25,336 nucleotides of DNA, taken from NCBI GenBank assembly GCA_030841195.1, contig JAVEDA010000208.1, positions 1 through 25,336 on the forward strand, read 5' to 3'. The DNA comes from Actinomycetota bacterium. Lineage in GTDB: Bacteria > Actinomycetota > Actinomycetes > JACCUZ01. Below the pieces are notes generated by a model, which had not been told where the DNA came from, did no database searches, and worked only from the letters and a program-made list of their open reading frames with translations. Below are positions 6,509-16,486 of this stretch, piece after piece (within the stretch, counting starts at the first letter, position 1; each line of letters opens with the position of its first letter). Both the position numbers and the translations under genes were made by a program.

Positions 6509-7435
6509 CTAGCGGAGCCCGGTCGGTGGTCTCTCCACCAGCGTCAGCAGGGTGGCCTCGGGCCGGCAGGCGAACCGGACCGGCGCGTACGGCGACGTAC
6601 CGAGGCCCGCGGACACGTGCAGCGGGGCCGTGTGGCCGCCCGCGGACCAGCTCGACAGCCCCTTGGCCAGGCGGCGGGGCAGGTCGCAGTTGGTCACCAG
6701 CGCGCCCAGAAATGGAACGCAGAGCTGCCCGCCATGGGTGTGGCCCGCCAGCACCAGGTCGAGCCCGTCGGCCACCATCGGGTCCAGGACCCGCCGGTAC
6801 GGCGCGTGGGTGACCCCGAGGGACAGGTCGGCCGCGGGGTCGGCCGGGCCCGCCACCTCGGCGTACCGGTCGGCCTTGATGTGGGCGTCGTCGGTGCCGA
6901 CAAGCTCGATCTCCCGGTGGTCGACCTTGAGCCTGGCCCGGGCGTTGTCCAGGTCCAGCCACCCGGCGGCGAGGAACCCCTCGCGCAAGTCCTCGGTGGG
7001 CAACCGCTTCTTGCCCAGCCGGACCTCGCGGGCGGGCAGCAGGTAGCGGGCCGGGTTCTTGAACATCGGCGCGTAGTAGTCGTTGGAGCCCATCACGAAG
7101 GCGCCGGGGCGCTCCAGCAGCGGCCCGAGGGCCTCCAGAACGGGCGGTACGGCGTCCAGATGCCCCAGGTTGTCGCCGGTGTCGATGACGAGGTCCGGCT
7201 CCAGGCCGGCCAGTGCGCGCACCCACTCGATCTTTCGCCGCTGGGTGGGCACGAGGTGCAGGTCGGAGACCTGCAGCACCCGCAGCGGCCGCTGGCCGGG
7301 AGCGAGCACGGGGACGTCGAACCGCCGCAGCCGGAAGGCGCGCACCTCGTACGCCGCGGCCCAGGTCACGCAGGCGGCACCCAGGGCGACCGTGCCCCCG
7401 AGCGTCGACAGGGGCACCGCGGCACGTCGTCTCAC
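6509..7435 (-). CDS. Calcineurin-like metallophosphoesterase (Rv3683/YkuE-like)
   Basis: SDLH, DTGDNL, MGSNDY, VTHAP, AGHTHGGQ, SAGLG and ACRPEATLLTL motifs; conserved position between yqeY and tRNA-Pro. Confidence 0.93.
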   Translation of the reverse strand: MRRRAAVPLSTLGGTVALGAACVTWAAAYEVRAFRLRRFDVPVLAPGQRPLRVLQVSDLHLVPTQRRKIEWVRALAGLEPDLVIDTGDNLGHLDAVPPVLEALGPLLERPGAFVMGSNDYYAPMFKNPARYLLPAREVRLGKKRLPTEDLREGFLAAGWLDLDNARARLKVDHREIELVGTDDAHIKADRYAEVAGPADPAADLSLGVTHAPYRRVLDPMVADGLDLVLAGHTHGGQLCVPFLGALVTNCDLPRRLAKGLSSWSAGGHTAPLHVSAGLGTSPYAPVRFACRPEATLLTLVERPPTGLR

Positions 7436-7460
7436 CCCACCATCCTGACAGGATGGTGGG
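7436..7460. promoter_or_regulatory. Palindromic divergent intergenic region (mirror-image -10-like elements or operator)
   Basis: CCCACCATCCTG-A-CAGGATGGTGGG, 12-bp perfect inverted repeat filling almost the whole 26-bp gap; CAGGAT lies 6-7 nt before each start codon. Confidence 0.55.
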
Positions 7461-7461
7461 C

Positions 7462-7917
7462 ATGAGCGAGCTCAAGGACCGCCTCCAGTCCGACCTGACG
7501 ACCTCGATGAAGGCCCGCGACGAGCTGCGGTCGGCGACCCTGCGGATGGTCCTGACGGCGGTGAAGACCGAGGAGGTCGCGGGGAAGACGGCCCGCGAGC
7601 TCGATGACGCCGAGATCGTCACGGTGCTCGGTCGCGAGGCCAAGAAGCGCCGCGAGGCTGCCGAGGCGTTCGCCGACGGCAACCGGCCGGACCGGGCCGA
7701 GCGCGAGCGAGCCGAGGAGGAGGTCATCGCGACCTACCTGCCGGCACAACTCTCGGACGACGAGCTGCGCGGCCTGGTTGCAGCGGCGATCACCGAGACC
7801 GGTGCGGCCGGGCCGCAGGCCATGGGTCAGGTGATGAAGTCGGTGACGCCGAAGACCAGCGGGCGGGCCGACGGGGGCCGGGTCGCGGCCGAGGTGCGGC
7901 GCCAGCTGTCCGGCTGA
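7462..7917 (+). CDS. yqeY: GatB/YqeY domain protein
   Basis: LKDRLQSDLTTSMKARD...LRMVLTAVK...EAKKRREAAEAF...YLPAQLS...MGQVMK...GRADG; start at ATG 7462. Confidence 0.93.
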   Translation: MSELKDRLQSDLTTSMKARDELRSATLRMVLTAVKTEEVAGKTARELDDAEIVTVLGREAKKRREAAEAFADGNRPDRAERERAEEEVIATYLPAQLSDDELRGLVAAAITETGAAGPQAMGQVMKSVTPKTSGRADGGRVAAEVRRQLSG

Positions 7918-7920
7918 CGC

Positions 7921-10308
7921 TTACCGGCAGCCGGGCCGGTTGGAGCTGCCGCAGGTGTCGCCGGGACTGGGCTGTGGACCAGGGCCGGGGCCGGCGCTCG
8001 GCACCGTGGTCTCCGCCGCCGGGGGACCGGCGCGCACGTAGATGACGACCCGTTGCCCCGGGTACACCGACGCGTCCCGCCCCGGGTAGGAGTAGGCGAC
8101 CGTGCCGGCCGGCGCGTAGGAGACGTAGACCTTGTTCCCGCTGACGACCGGGTCCAGCTTGGCCGCCCGCAGCAGCGCCTTGGCCTCGTCGACCGACTTG
8201 CCGGTGACCGACGGCACGGTGATCGAGTCGCCGTTGCGGACGGTGTCCTCGGCGTTGGTGAACGAGCTGACGGGAGTGTCCGCCAGGGTGGCGCTCATCA
8301 TCTGCTTCCAGATCGGCCCGGGCAGGCAGCCACCGCAGACGTCGCCGTAGAACACGCCGCCGATCGAGATGTTGCTCAGCGGGTAGCCACCCTTGGGCGG
8401 GCTGGGGTTCCCGGCCCACACCGCAGTCGCGAGGTCGGGCGTGTAGCCGACGAACCAGACTTGGTACCGGCTGTCGGTCGTTCCCGTCTTGCCGGCCGCG
8501 GGGCGCCCGATCGCGGCCCGGACGCCGGTGCCGCGGGTCATGACGCCCTGCAGCAGCTCGTTCATGCCGTCCGCGATGTTCTCGTCCAGCACCTGCTGGC
8601 AGTCGGCGTTGGGCACCGGCAGCCGGTTGCCGGACGGGTCGGTCACCTCGAGGATCGCGATCGAGTTGCAGTGGGTGCCGCGGGCGGCGAAGGTCGCGTA
8701 GGCCTCGGCCATCGACAGCGGCGACACCAGGTTGGTGCCCAGGGTGAACGACTTGATCTGCGCCAACGGCTTGCCGTCGGCCGTGGTCACGCCGAGGTCG
8801 GCCGCGATGTGCGCCGGCCGGCAGACGCCGACCCGTTCCTCGAGCTGGGCGAAGTAGGTGTTGACCGAGTCCTCGATGCCCGTCTGCAGCGTGTAGGTGC
8901 CGTTCTCGCTGCTGGACTCGTTCGCCGGGTCCCACTGGTCGGTGAGGGTGCCGCCGCACCACTTCACGTCCCCGATCTCCTTCTTGTACGGCGAGTAGAT
9001 CGGGTAGCTGAACGGATAGCCGTCCTCGAGTGCGGCCGCCGCGACGAAGACCTTGAACGTCGACCCGGCCTGGAAGCCGTTGCTGCCGCCGTAGGCACGG
9101 TCGGTCGCCGGGTTGAACTTGATCTCGCCCTTCTTCTTGCGGTCGCCGTAGGCACGGCTGACCGCCATCGCCCGGATCTGCCCGGTGCCGGGCTGCACCG
9201 ACACCAGCGCGGAGGCGACGTCGTCGGTCGCGTTCACGTGGTCGGCCAGCGCCTGCTGGGCGTTGGCCTGCGCATCGCGGTCGAGCGTGGTGGTGATGGT
9301 GAGGCCGCCGCGCAGCAGCAGCCGGACCCGGTCGTCGCGCTTGGCGCCGAAGGTCTTGTCGTTGAGGATCGTCTTGAGGACGAAGTCGCAGAAGAACGCG
9401 ACCTTGGAGTCCTGACAGCCGTTCTGCCCCACCCGCTTGGGCGGGTTCAGCGCCAGCGGGGTGGCCGCGGCCGCGTCGGCGTCGGCCTTCGGGATCAGCC
9501 CTACCGTGGCCATCCGGGCCAGGACGATGTTGCGCCGGGTCAGGGCCGCGTCCGGGTTGCGTGTCGGGTCGAACGCCGTCGGCTGCTGCACGATCCCCGC
9601 GAGCAACGCGGCCTGCGGCAGGGTCAGGTCGCGGGCATGGGTGTTGAAGTACCGCTTGGCGGCCGCCTCCACGCCGTACGAGCTGGCTCCGAAGAACGCG
9701 ATGTTGAGGTAGCGCTCGAGGATCTCCTGCTTGCTGTACTGCTCCTCCAGCGCCACGGCGTAGCGCAGCTCGCGCAGCTTGCGGGTGTAGGTCTGCGCGG
9801 TCGCGGCCTTCTGCGCCTCGGCGCGCTTCTTGGGGTCCTGGATGTTGGAGGCGGTCTCGAGCAGCACCTGCTTGACGTACTGCTGGGTGAGGGTCGAGCC
9901 ACCCTGGACGTCCTTGCCGGACTGGTTGTTCACCAGCGCCCGGATGGTGCCGCGCAGGTCGATCCCGCCGTGGTCGTAGAAACGGGAGTCCTCGATCGCG
10001 ATGACGGCCTTGCGCATGACGGGGGCGACATCGGAGATTGGCACCGAGATGCGGTTCTCGTAGTAGAACGTCGCAATCAGCGAGCCGTCGGCAGCCAGGA
10101 TCCGGGACCGCTCGGGCAGCGGGGGGATCTCGAGCTCGGCCGGCAGCGACTCGAACCCGTTCGCGCTGTCCCGCGCGACCAGCCCCACCCCGCCGAGGAT
10201 CGGCAGCGTGATGCCCGCGACCAGCAGGCCGCACAGCATGCTGATGAGCACGAACAGGACCAGCCGGGACACGAACCCGGCGTCGTCCCGCGGACGCAGA
10301 CGTTCCAT
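7921..10308 (-). CDS. ponA2: Class A bifunctional penicillin-binding protein (transglycosylase + transpeptidase + PASTA)
   Basis: TM anchor, EDSRFYDHGGID, GGSTLTQQYVK, RKLRE, YLNIAFFG; SxxK (STFK), SxN (SVN), KTG(T); C-terminal PASTA (VPSVTGKSVDEA). Start placed at ATG 10308. Confidence 0.95.
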   Translation of the reverse strand: MERLRPRDDAGFVSRLVLFVLISMLCGLLVAGITLPILGGVGLVARDSANGFESLPAELEIPPLPERSRILAADGSLIATFYYENRISVPISDVAPVMRKAVIAIEDSRFYDHGGIDLRGTIRALVNNQSGKDVQGGSTLTQQYVKQVLLETASNIQDPKKRAEAQKAATAQTYTRKLRELRYAVALEEQYSKQEILERYLNIAFFGASSYGVEAAAKRYFNTHARDLTLPQAALLAGIVQQPTAFDPTRNPDAALTRRNIVLARMATVGLIPKADADAAAATPLALNPPKRVGQNGCQDSKVAFFCDFVLKTILNDKTFGAKRDDRVRLLLRGGLTITTTLDRDAQANAQQALADHVNATDDVASALVSVQPGTGQIRAMAVSRAYGDRKKKGEIKFNPATDRAYGGSNGFQAGSTFKVFVAAAALEDGYPFSYPIYSPYKKEIGDVKWCGGTLTDQWDPANESSSENGTYTLQTGIEDSVNTYFAQLEERVGVCRPAHIAADLGVTTADGKPLAQIKSFTLGTNLVSPLSMAEAYATFAARGTHCNSIAILEVTDPSGNRLPVPNADCQQVLDENIADGMNELLQGVMTRGTGVRAAIGRPAAGKTGTTDSRYQVWFVGYTPDLATAVWAGNPSPPKGGYPLSNISIGGVFYGDVCGGCLPGPIWKQMMSATLADTPVSSFTNAEDTVRNGDSITVPSVTGKSVDEAKALLRAAKLDPVVSGNKVYVSYAPAGTVAYSYPGRDASVYPGQRVVIYVRAGPPAAETTVPSAGPGPGPQPSPGDTCGSSNRPGCR

Positions 10309-10512
10309 AGGCGTCCAGGGTACGGGAGGCGGGCAGGCGCCCGGCACAGGCGGCGTCCCGGCGCCGGCAGGACGGGAGTGGCGGGAATGACGGGGCCGGG
10401 TAGTCCGTACTGACTAGGTCAATTTGGACCGAACGGTCCTGTCACCCGACGTGTCCTATTCCGTACCGTCCCACGAGGAAGATCAAGCACCAGAGCACAA
10501 GGGCGGTCCAGG

Positions 10513-10824
10513 ATGACGTGGAACGACGACTGGGCGTCGCGGGGGGCATGTCGGACCAGCGACCCTGACAGCTTGTTCGTGCAGGGAGCCGCGCAGAACC
10601 GCGCGAAGGCCGTGTGCATGGGTTGCCCGGTGCGCACCGAGTGCCTGTCGGACGCGCTCGACAACCGGGTCGAGTTCGGGGTCTGGGGCGGGATGACCGA
10701 GCGTGAGCGCCGGGCCCTGCTGCGGCGCCGGCCCAACGTCACCTCGTGGCGGGCGCTGCTCGAGACGGCGCGGGACGAGTACGAGCGCGGCCTGAGCACC
10801 ACGATCCTTCCGGTGGCCATGTAG
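10513..10824 (+). CDS. wblA: WhiB-family Fe-S transcription factor, WblA/WhiB4 ortholog
   Basis: Four Cys (C...CxxC...C), DPDSLFVQGAAQNRAKAVC and GVWGGMTERERR; divergent from ponA2 as in the conserved locus. Confidence 0.95.
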   Translation: MTWNDDWASRGACRTSDPDSLFVQGAAQNRAKAVCMGCPVRTECLSDALDNRVEFGVWGGMTERERRALLRRRPNVTSWRALLETARDEYERGLSTTILPVAM

Positions 10825-10864
10825 GCACCGGGCATGACACGGGTCCCTGAACGGTAGGGACAAT

Positions 10865-10894
10865 CGGGGCGGTCCTGGAGGGGAGGACCGCCCC
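10865..10894. terminator. Bidirectional hairpin between wblA and the ArsA pair
   Basis: CGGGGCGGTCCT-ggaggg-AGGACCGCCCCG, 12-bp stem. Confidence 0.65.
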
Positions 10895-10936
10895 GAACCG
10901 CTGTCCGGGGCCGTCTGCGTCTGCCGTCTGAGGGCT

Positions 10937-12070
10937 TCAGCCGCCGGCCAGGGCGGCGCCGACCGTGCGCAGCCCGGCCAGGTCGTGCACGTCGCCCGGC
11001 TGGGCCGGGACGTCCACCACCGGGACCCGGGGGTGCGCGGCGGTGAACCGGCCACGCAGGGACTGCTCCCGCTCGATGATCCGCATCCGCTCCGCGTGCA
11101 GCCGCAGCACACCGGCCGCCAGCGGGTGCCCGCCCTGCTCGGCCAGGGTCTCCGCGCCGGCTGTGGCCCGGGCTGCCGACAGCGTCTTCGCGCCGGTGGT
11201 GTGCACCCGGTTCAGGACCAGGCCGGCCAGCGGCATCCCCTCGGTGCCGAGCCGTTCGACGAAGTAGGACGCCTCCCGCAGCGCGTCCCGCTCGGGGGCC
11301 GCCACCACCACGAAGGCCGTGCCGGACGTCTTCAGCAGCTGGTAGGTGGCGTCGGCCCGCTCCCGGAAGCCGCCGAACATCGTGTCCAGGGCCGCGATGA
11401 AGGCCTGCAGGTCCTTGAGCACCTGGGCGCCCAGCACCCTCGTGAGCGCCCCGGTCACCACGCCCAGCCCGGTCCCCAGCACCTTGAGGTACGCCCGGCC
11501 GCCCTTGCCGGCCCCGCCCATCAGGATCCGGATGAAGCGGCCGTCCAGGAACGACCCGAGCCGCTTGGGCGCATCCAGGAAGTCCAGCGCCGACCGGCTC
11601 GGCGGGGTGTCGACGACGATCAGGTCCCAGCGGTCCTCGGCCCGCAGCTGGCCGAGCTTCTCCATCGCCATGTACTCCTGGGTGCCGGAGAAGCTCGACG
11701 ACAGCGACTGGTAGAACGGGTTGTCCATGATCGCCTGGGCCCGCTCCGGGGTGGAGTGGGCGAAGACGACCTCGTCGAAGGTCCTCTTCATGTCCAGCAT
11801 CATCGCGTCCAGCGAGCCGCCGGCCGACTCGTCGGCGCCTTTCACCCGGCGCGGGGTGTTGTCCAGCGCGTCCAGTCCCATCGACTGCGCCAGCCGGCGG
11901 GCCGGGTCGATCGTGAGCACCACGACCTGCCGGCCCTGCTCGGCCGCCCGCAGCCCGAGCGCGGCCGCTGTGGTCGTCTTGCCGACCCCGCCCGAGCCGC
12001 AGCAGACAACGACGCGGGTGCGCAGGTCACCGATCACGTCGTCGAGGTCCAGGCTGCGGCCGGCCGCCAT
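10937..12070 (-). CDS. ArsA/Get3-like ATPase, Rv3680 (BagB)-type
   Basis: [10 protein letters not shown] Walker [22 protein letters not shown] and VDTPPS; ATG 12070 overlaps the upstream TGA. The track's 13594 start is an artefact. Confidence 0.93.
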   Translation of the reverse strand: MAAGRSLDLDDVIGDLRTRVVVCCGSGGVGKTTTAAALGLRAAEQGRQVVVLTIDPARRLAQSMGLDALDNTPRRVKGADESAGGSLDAMMLDMKRTFDEVVFAHSTPERAQAIMDNPFYQSLSSSFSGTQEYMAMEKLGQLRAEDRWDLIVVDTPPSRSALDFLDAPKRLGSFLDGRFIRILMGGAGKGGRAYLKVLGTGLGVVTGALTRVLGAQVLKDLQAFIAALDTMFGGFRERADATYQLLKTSGTAFVVVAAPERDALREASYFVERLGTEGMPLAGLVLNRVHTTGAKTLSAARATAGAETLAEQGGHPLAAGVLRLHAERMRIIEREQSLRGRFTAAHPRVPVVDVPAQPGDVHDLAGLRTVGAALAGG

Positions 12071-13080
12071 CAGGCTGCGCCCTGCGCGCAGAGCCGCTCG
12101 GCCAGCTCGTAGAGCGCGCCGAGGTCCACGCCCTCGGAGAGCAACGGCAGCTCGTACGTCGGTCGCGCCAGCCCCTTGAGGGTGCGTCGCTGGGCCTTCT
12201 CGAGAGCGACCCGCTCGGCGTGCTCGGCCACCTCGGCGAGCAGGCCGTCGATCGCGCCATCGCGCACCGAGACCCCCGCGGCGGCCAGCCCGTCGGCCAC
12301 CTCGGCCCGCGGCAGCCGGCCCTTGGCAGCGGCGGTGAGGTCGGCGACCTTCAGCAGTGGCTCGCGCACCGCGTTCACGATGATCCCGCCCACCGGCAGG
12401 CCGGCGGCGGCCAGCTCCGCGACGGCGTCGGCCGTCTCCTGCACCGGCATCTCCTCGAGCAACGTCACGACGTGCACCGCGGTCATCGGGGAGGTGAGCA
12501 ACCCCATGATGGCGTCGGCCTGGCCGCGGACCGGGCCGACCTTCGCCAGCCCCGCGACCTCCGCGTTGACCCCGAGGAAGCGGGCGATGCGACCGGTCGG
12601 CGGGGCATCCAGAACGACGGCGTCGTAGACGTGGGCACCGCTGCGGCCCGCCTTCCGCCGGCGTACGGCCTCGTAGACCTTGCCGGTGATCAGCACGTCG
12701 CGCATGCCCGGTGCGATGGTGGTGGCGAAGTCGATGGCGCCGATCTTGCGCAGCGCGCGGCCGGCCCGGCCGAGCTTGTAGAACATGTCGAGGTACTCGA
12801 GCAGTGCCTCCTCGGGGTCCACCGCGAGCGCGACGACCTCGCCGCCGCCGGGGCCGACCGCGACGGTGCGCTCCTCGTAGGGCAGCGGGGGAGAGTCGAA
12901 GAGCTGGGCGATGCCCTGGCGACCTTCGACCTCGACCAGCAGGGTGCGCCGGCCCTCGCCGGACAGGGCGATGGCCAGGGCCGCCGCGACCGTGGTCTTT
13001 CCGGTGCCGCCCTTGCCGGTGACGACGTGCAGGCGGACGCCCTCCCAGTCGGACTCCCGCGCTCCGGAGTCGCTGGCCAT
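12070..13080 (-). CDS. ArsA/Get3-like ATPase, Rv3679 (BagA)-type
   Basis: [38 protein letters not shown] and LDAPPTGRI. Confidence 0.93.
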   Translation of the reverse strand: MASDSGARESDWEGVRLHVVTGKGGTGKTTVAAALAIALSGEGRRTLLVEVEGRQGIAQLFDSPPLPYEERTVAVGPGGGEVVALAVDPEEALLEYLDMFYKLGRAGRALRKIGAIDFATTIAPGMRDVLITGKVYEAVRRRKAGRSGAHVYDAVVLDAPPTGRIARFLGVNAEVAGLAKVGPVRGQADAIMGLLTSPMTAVHVVTLLEEMPVQETADAVAELAAAGLPVGGIIVNAVREPLLKVADLTAAAKGRLPRAEVADGLAAAGVSVRDGAIDGLLAEVAEHAERVALEKAQRRTLKGLARPTYELPLLSEGVDLGALYELAERLCAQGAA

Positions 13081-13123
13081 GGCAGCGAGCGTAATCGGCG
13101 CCCGGGCGACCTAGAGTGCGCGG

Positions 13124-13627
13124 GTGCCCAGACCGACGTTGCGCACCGAGCGGCTGGTGCTCGTGCCGCAGACCATGGCGGCCGCCCGGGCGCTGCTCGC
13201 GGGGGAGGACCCGGGGCTGCCGCTGGCGGCGGGTTACCCGCACGCCGACTCGCTGGACGCGCTGCGGATGCAGGTGCAGCACGGCGGGCCGGACGACGGT
13301 GGCTGGTTCGTGACGCTGGCGGCGGACGGCCGGGTGGTCGGCGACTGCGGCACGTCCGGGCCGCCCGACGACGACGGCCGGGTCGAGATCGGCTACGGCC
13401 TCGCGGCGCCGTTCCGGGGGCAGGGCATCGGCACCGAGGCCGTCGCGGCTCTGGTCGAGCACCTGGTGGGCGAGCCCGGAGTCCGGGTGCTGAGCGCCTC
13501 GGTCGAGGTGGGGAACGAGCCGTCCCGCCGCCTGCTGGAGCGGCTCGGCTTCACCCTGACCGACGGTCCGGCCGGCACCGACCGCCACTGGCACCTCGAG
13601 CTCAACGGGGAAGGAGGGCGTCGTTGA
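13124..13627 (+). CDS. GNAT N-acetyltransferase, RimJ/RimL-like
   Basis: [29 protein letters not shown] and [14 protein letters not shown]. Confidence 0.88.
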   Translation: MPRPTLRTERLVLVPQTMAAARALLAGEDPGLPLAAGYPHADSLDALRMQVQHGGPDDGGWFVTLAADGRVVGDCGTSGPPDDDGRVEIGYGLAAPFRGQGIGTEAVAALVEHLVGEPGVRVLSASVEVGNEPSRRLLERLGFTLTDGPAGTDRHWHLELNGEGGRR

Positions 13628-14402
13628 TGGCGGCTAGGACGGAGGGCCAGGCGGGGGAGGTCGGGTCGACCAGGGCCATGTGGTCGGTGCCGGCGAGCTC
13701 GTGCAGGGCGACCTGCTGGCCGGCCGCGCCGGCCGCTGCGGTGTAGGAGCGGCTCACCTCGAGCGGCACCGCCTCGTCCCGGGTGCCGTGCACCAGCACG
13801 GTCGGTACGCCGGTGGGGAGCAGCCGCGCCGGGTCCGCGGCGGCGTACCGCTCGGGGCGCTCGTCGGGCTCGCCGCCCAGCAGCGCCTGGGTCGCGTCGC
13901 CACCGAGCCCGAGTGCGGCAGCCAGCGCCAGGTCGAGCACGCCGGCCAGCGAGACCACGCCGACGGGCAGCGGCTCGGCCCGGTGCCAGGGGGACGACGG
14001 CGGCAGCCGGTGCCGGGAGGCCGCCCAGGTCACCAGGTGCCCGCCGGCCGAGTGACCGACAAGGACCGTCCGTGTCTGGTCCACCGTTCCGGGCAGCGCC
14101 GCGGCCACCAGCGCCGGCACCGTGTCGGTCAGCAGCGCCAGGTCGTCCAGGGTCCCCGGCCAGCCACCGCCGGGCATCGCCACCCGGCGGTACTCCACCG
14201 TGGCCACGACGTAACCCGCGGCGGCCAGGCCGGCGCTCTGCGGCGCGGCGTGCGCGCGGTCCCACTCGGCCTTCCAGAACCCGCCGTGCACGACCACCAC
14301 CAGCGCCGCCGGCTCGAGCCCCTCGTCGGCGACCGGCAGCCGCACGTCGACGACGTGCTGGGGCAGCGGCCCGTACCACAGCGTGCGGTCGGGCTCGCTC
14401 AC
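13602..14402 (-). CDS. Alpha/beta hydrolase (HSL/esterase-like)
   Basis: HGGFW oxyanion motif, GHSAGG nucleophile, HGTRD and DH; start GTG 14402 overlaps the SDR stop (GTGA). Confidence 0.9.
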   Translation of the reverse strand: MSEPDRTLWYGPLPQHVVDVRLPVADEGLEPAALVVVVHGGFWKAEWDRAHAAPQSAGLAAAGYVVATVEYRRVAMPGGGWPGTLDDLALLTDTVPALVAAALPGTVDQTRTVLVGHSAGGHLVTWAASRHRLPPSSPWHRAEPLPVGVVSLAGVLDLALAAALGLGGDATQALLGGEPDERPERYAAADPARLLPTGVPTVLVHGTRDEAVPLEVSRSYTAAAGAAGQQVALHELAGTDHMALVDPTSPAWPSVLAAINDALLPR

Positions 14403-15178
14403 CCCTGGACGGCCCCGCCGTCGACGTTGATGCCCTGCCCGTTCAGCCCGCCGTTGGCCACGCAGAACCAGACCGTCTCGGCCACCTCGTCGACCGTGAT
14501 CAGCCGGCCGATCGGCTGCTTCTGCTCGAGGAACCGCAACGCGTCCGCCGGGCTGCGGCCGGTGAACTTCACGATCGCGCCGACCGCACCCTCGGTCATG
14601 GCCGTGTCCACGTACGCCGGGCAGACCGCGTTCGCGGTGACGCCGGTCGGGGCGAGCTCGGCGGCCGCTGCGCGGACCAGTCCGAGCACGCCGTGCTTGG
14701 CGGCGCAGTAGGCGCCCAGGTAGGGCTCCCCGCGTTTGGCCGCCATCGAGGCCACGACGACGATCCGGCCCCACCCGTGGTCGACCATGGCGGGCACCAC
14801 CCGGCGTACGGCCCGGAAGGGTGCGGTCAGGTTGAGCTCGAGCTGGGACGCCCACAGATCGTCAGACAGCTTGGCGACCGGGGCCGACGAGCCCGCGCCG
14901 GCGTTGGCCACCAGCACCGACACCGGCCCCCAGGCCTGCTCGACCGCGGCCGTGACGGTGTCGGGCGCGGTCGGGTCGAGCATGTCCGCGGGCAGCACCA
15001 GCGACTCGGTCGCCATCAGCGCGGCCGTCGTGCGCAGCTCGTCCTCGCTGCGCGCGGTCAGCGCGACCCGGTAGCCCTCGGCCGCGAGCCGGACCGCGAC
15101 GGCGCGGCCGATGCCCCGGCCGGCGCCGGTGACCAGGGCCACCCGGCGGTCGTCGGACTGGGGCGGGGGCGTCGGCAC
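14399..15178 (-). CDS. Short-chain dehydrogenase/reductase (SDR)
   Basis: TGAGRGIG, NAG, YCAAK, VCPAYVDT and INVDGG; start GTG 15178, with CATACT 6 nt upstream. Confidence 0.92.
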   Translation of the reverse strand: MPTPPPQSDDRRVALVTGAGRGIGRAVAVRLAAEGYRVALTARSEDELRTTAALMATESLVLPADMLDPTAPDTVTAAVEQAWGPVSVLVANAGAGSSAPVAKLSDDLWASQLELNLTAPFRAVRRVVPAMVDHGWGRIVVVASMAAKRGEPYLGAYCAAKHGVLGLVRAAAAELAPTGVTANAVCPAYVDTAMTEGAVGAIVKFTGRSPADALRFLEQKQPIGRLITVDEVAETVWFCVANGGLNGQGINVDGGAVQG

Positions 15179-15199
15179 CCGCGCAGTATGGTCCCTGCC

Positions 15200-15355
15200 A
15201 TGACGAAGTGGGAGTACGCCACCGTGCCGCTGCTGGTGCACGCGACCAAGCAGATCCTCGACACCTGGGGCGAGGACGGCTGGGAGCTCGTGCAGGTCGT
15301 GCCGGGTCCCGGCGGCGGTGACCAGGTCGTCGCGTACCTCAAGCGCGCCAAGTGA
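15200..15355 (+). CDS. DUF4177-family small protein (Rv3678A-like)
   Basis: MTKWEYATVPLLVHATKQILDTWGEDGWELVQV...AYLKR; GTGA overlap with the RidA-family gene. Confidence 0.9.
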   Translation: MTKWEYATVPLLVHATKQILDTWGEDGWELVQVVPGPGGGDQVVAYLKRAK

Positions 15356-15813
15356 GCACCCCCGACGAGCGGCTGGCCGAGCTCGGCCTGACGCTGCCCT
15401 CCGACACCCCGCCGCTGGCCGCCTACGTGCCGGCCGTGCGCACCGGCAACCTGGTCTACACTTCCGGCCAGCTCCCGCGCATCGACGGCGAGCTGACCCA
15501 CGTCGGCAAGGTGGGCGGCGAGGTCACGCCGGAGCAGGCCAAGGAGGCCGCGCAGGCCTGCGCGCTGAACGCGATCGCCGCCGTCAAGGCCGAGATCGGC
15601 GACCTCGGGAAGGTACGCCGGGTGGTCAAGGTCGTCGGCTTCGTCGCGAGCACCCCGGACTTCACCGGCCAGCCCGGCGTCGTCAACGGGGCCAGCGAGC
15701 TGCTCGGGAAGGTGTTCGGCGACGCGGGCGTGCACGCCCGCAGCGCGGTCGGTGTGGCCGCGCTGCCGCTGGACGTCCCGGTCGAGGTCGAGATGATCGT
15801 CGAGGTCGACTGA
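15352..15813 (+). CDS. RidA/YjgF/YER057c family protein
   Basis: AAYVPAVRTGNLVYTSGQLP, VVNGASELL and HARSAVGVAALPLDVPVEVE. Confidence 0.93.
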   Translation: MSTPDERLAELGLTLPSDTPPLAAYVPAVRTGNLVYTSGQLPRIDGELTHVGKVGGEVTPEQAKEAAQACALNAIAAVKAEIGDLGKVRRVVKVVGFVASTPDFTGQPGVVNGASELLGKVFGDAGVHARSAVGVAALPLDVPVEVEMIVEVD

Positions 15814-15820
15814 CCGAGGC

Positions 15821-16486
15821 TCAGGCCGGCTGGACGGTTCCGGGCTCCTGCTCGTCCCGGCTGGCTGCCGCGAGGAAGGCGATCTCGAACGCGGTCGCGC
15901 TGAGCTGGACGGCGATCTTCGCCAGGTCGTCGTGGCTGCGCGCGTCGGCCACGTGCTCGGACAGGTGCGCCCGCAGCAGCTCGCCCAGCGCGCGGGCGGC
16001 GTGGGCCGCGTCGAGCTGCAGGGCCGAGACCAGGGGCAGCGGCACGCCCTGCACGGACAGCATCCGGCCCACGCCGACCAGCAGGGTGTGGCTCACCAGC
16101 TGGCCGGTCTTGTCCCGCCAGGCCAGCCCGGTGTCGGTGAGGTCCGCCGGCAGGTCCGGCAGCAGCGAGCGGATGCGGTCCTCGGGGATGGGCACCGTCC
16201 GGGTGATGTCCGAGCTGCCGTCCCGGAAACGGCGCCGCCGGTCGGCCACGATCGCGGAGTAGCTGCTCGGCGTGGAGATCAGCCGCTTGATCGCGGCCAG
16301 CGTGAACCCCTCGCGCTGCAGCGAGGCGATCAGCTCGAGCCGGGCCAGGTGGGCGCCGCTGTACAGGGCCACCCGACCGCTGATCGTGGGCGGGAACAGC
16401 AGCCCCCGGGACTGGTAAGCCCGGATGTTGCGTGGTGTCATGCCGACCGTGTCGGCCAGCTCGGTCACGGTCATGCCCTCGGCCAT
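15821..16486 (-). CDS. MerR-family transcriptional regulator (Cys-free, non-metal type)
   Basis: MTVTELADTVGMTPRNIRAYQSRGLLFPP...LYSGAHLARLELIASLQREGFTLAAIK; GGGGAG SD before ATG 16486. Confidence 0.88.
   Translation of the reverse strand: MAEGMTVTELADTVGMTPRNIRAYQSRGLLFPPTISGRVALYSGAHLARLELIASLQREGFTLAAIKRLISTPSSYSAIVADRRRRFRDGSSDITRTVPIPEDRIRSLLPDLPADLTDTGLAWRDKTGQLVSHTLLVGVGRMLSVQGVPLPLVSALQLDAAHAARALGELLRAHLSEHVADARSHDDLAKIAVQLSATAFEIAFLAAASRDEQEPGTVQPA

Noticed and set aside
7790-10413. 814-aa (-) and 786-aa (+) ORFs over ponA2
   Set aside because: Alternative-frame and antisense shadows of the PBP; R/G/P-biased with no recognisable domains.
11977-12003. Walker A of the second ArsA lacks the signature Lys (GSGGVGKT)
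   Set aside because: Known feature of the Rv3680-type partner in this heterodimeric pair; not novel.
10937-13594. 885-aa ORF suggesting a fused ATPase
   Set aside because: Only the last 377 aa are ArsA-like; the upstream part is off-frame to the real Rv3679-like gene, and a TGATG overlap marks the true start at 12070.
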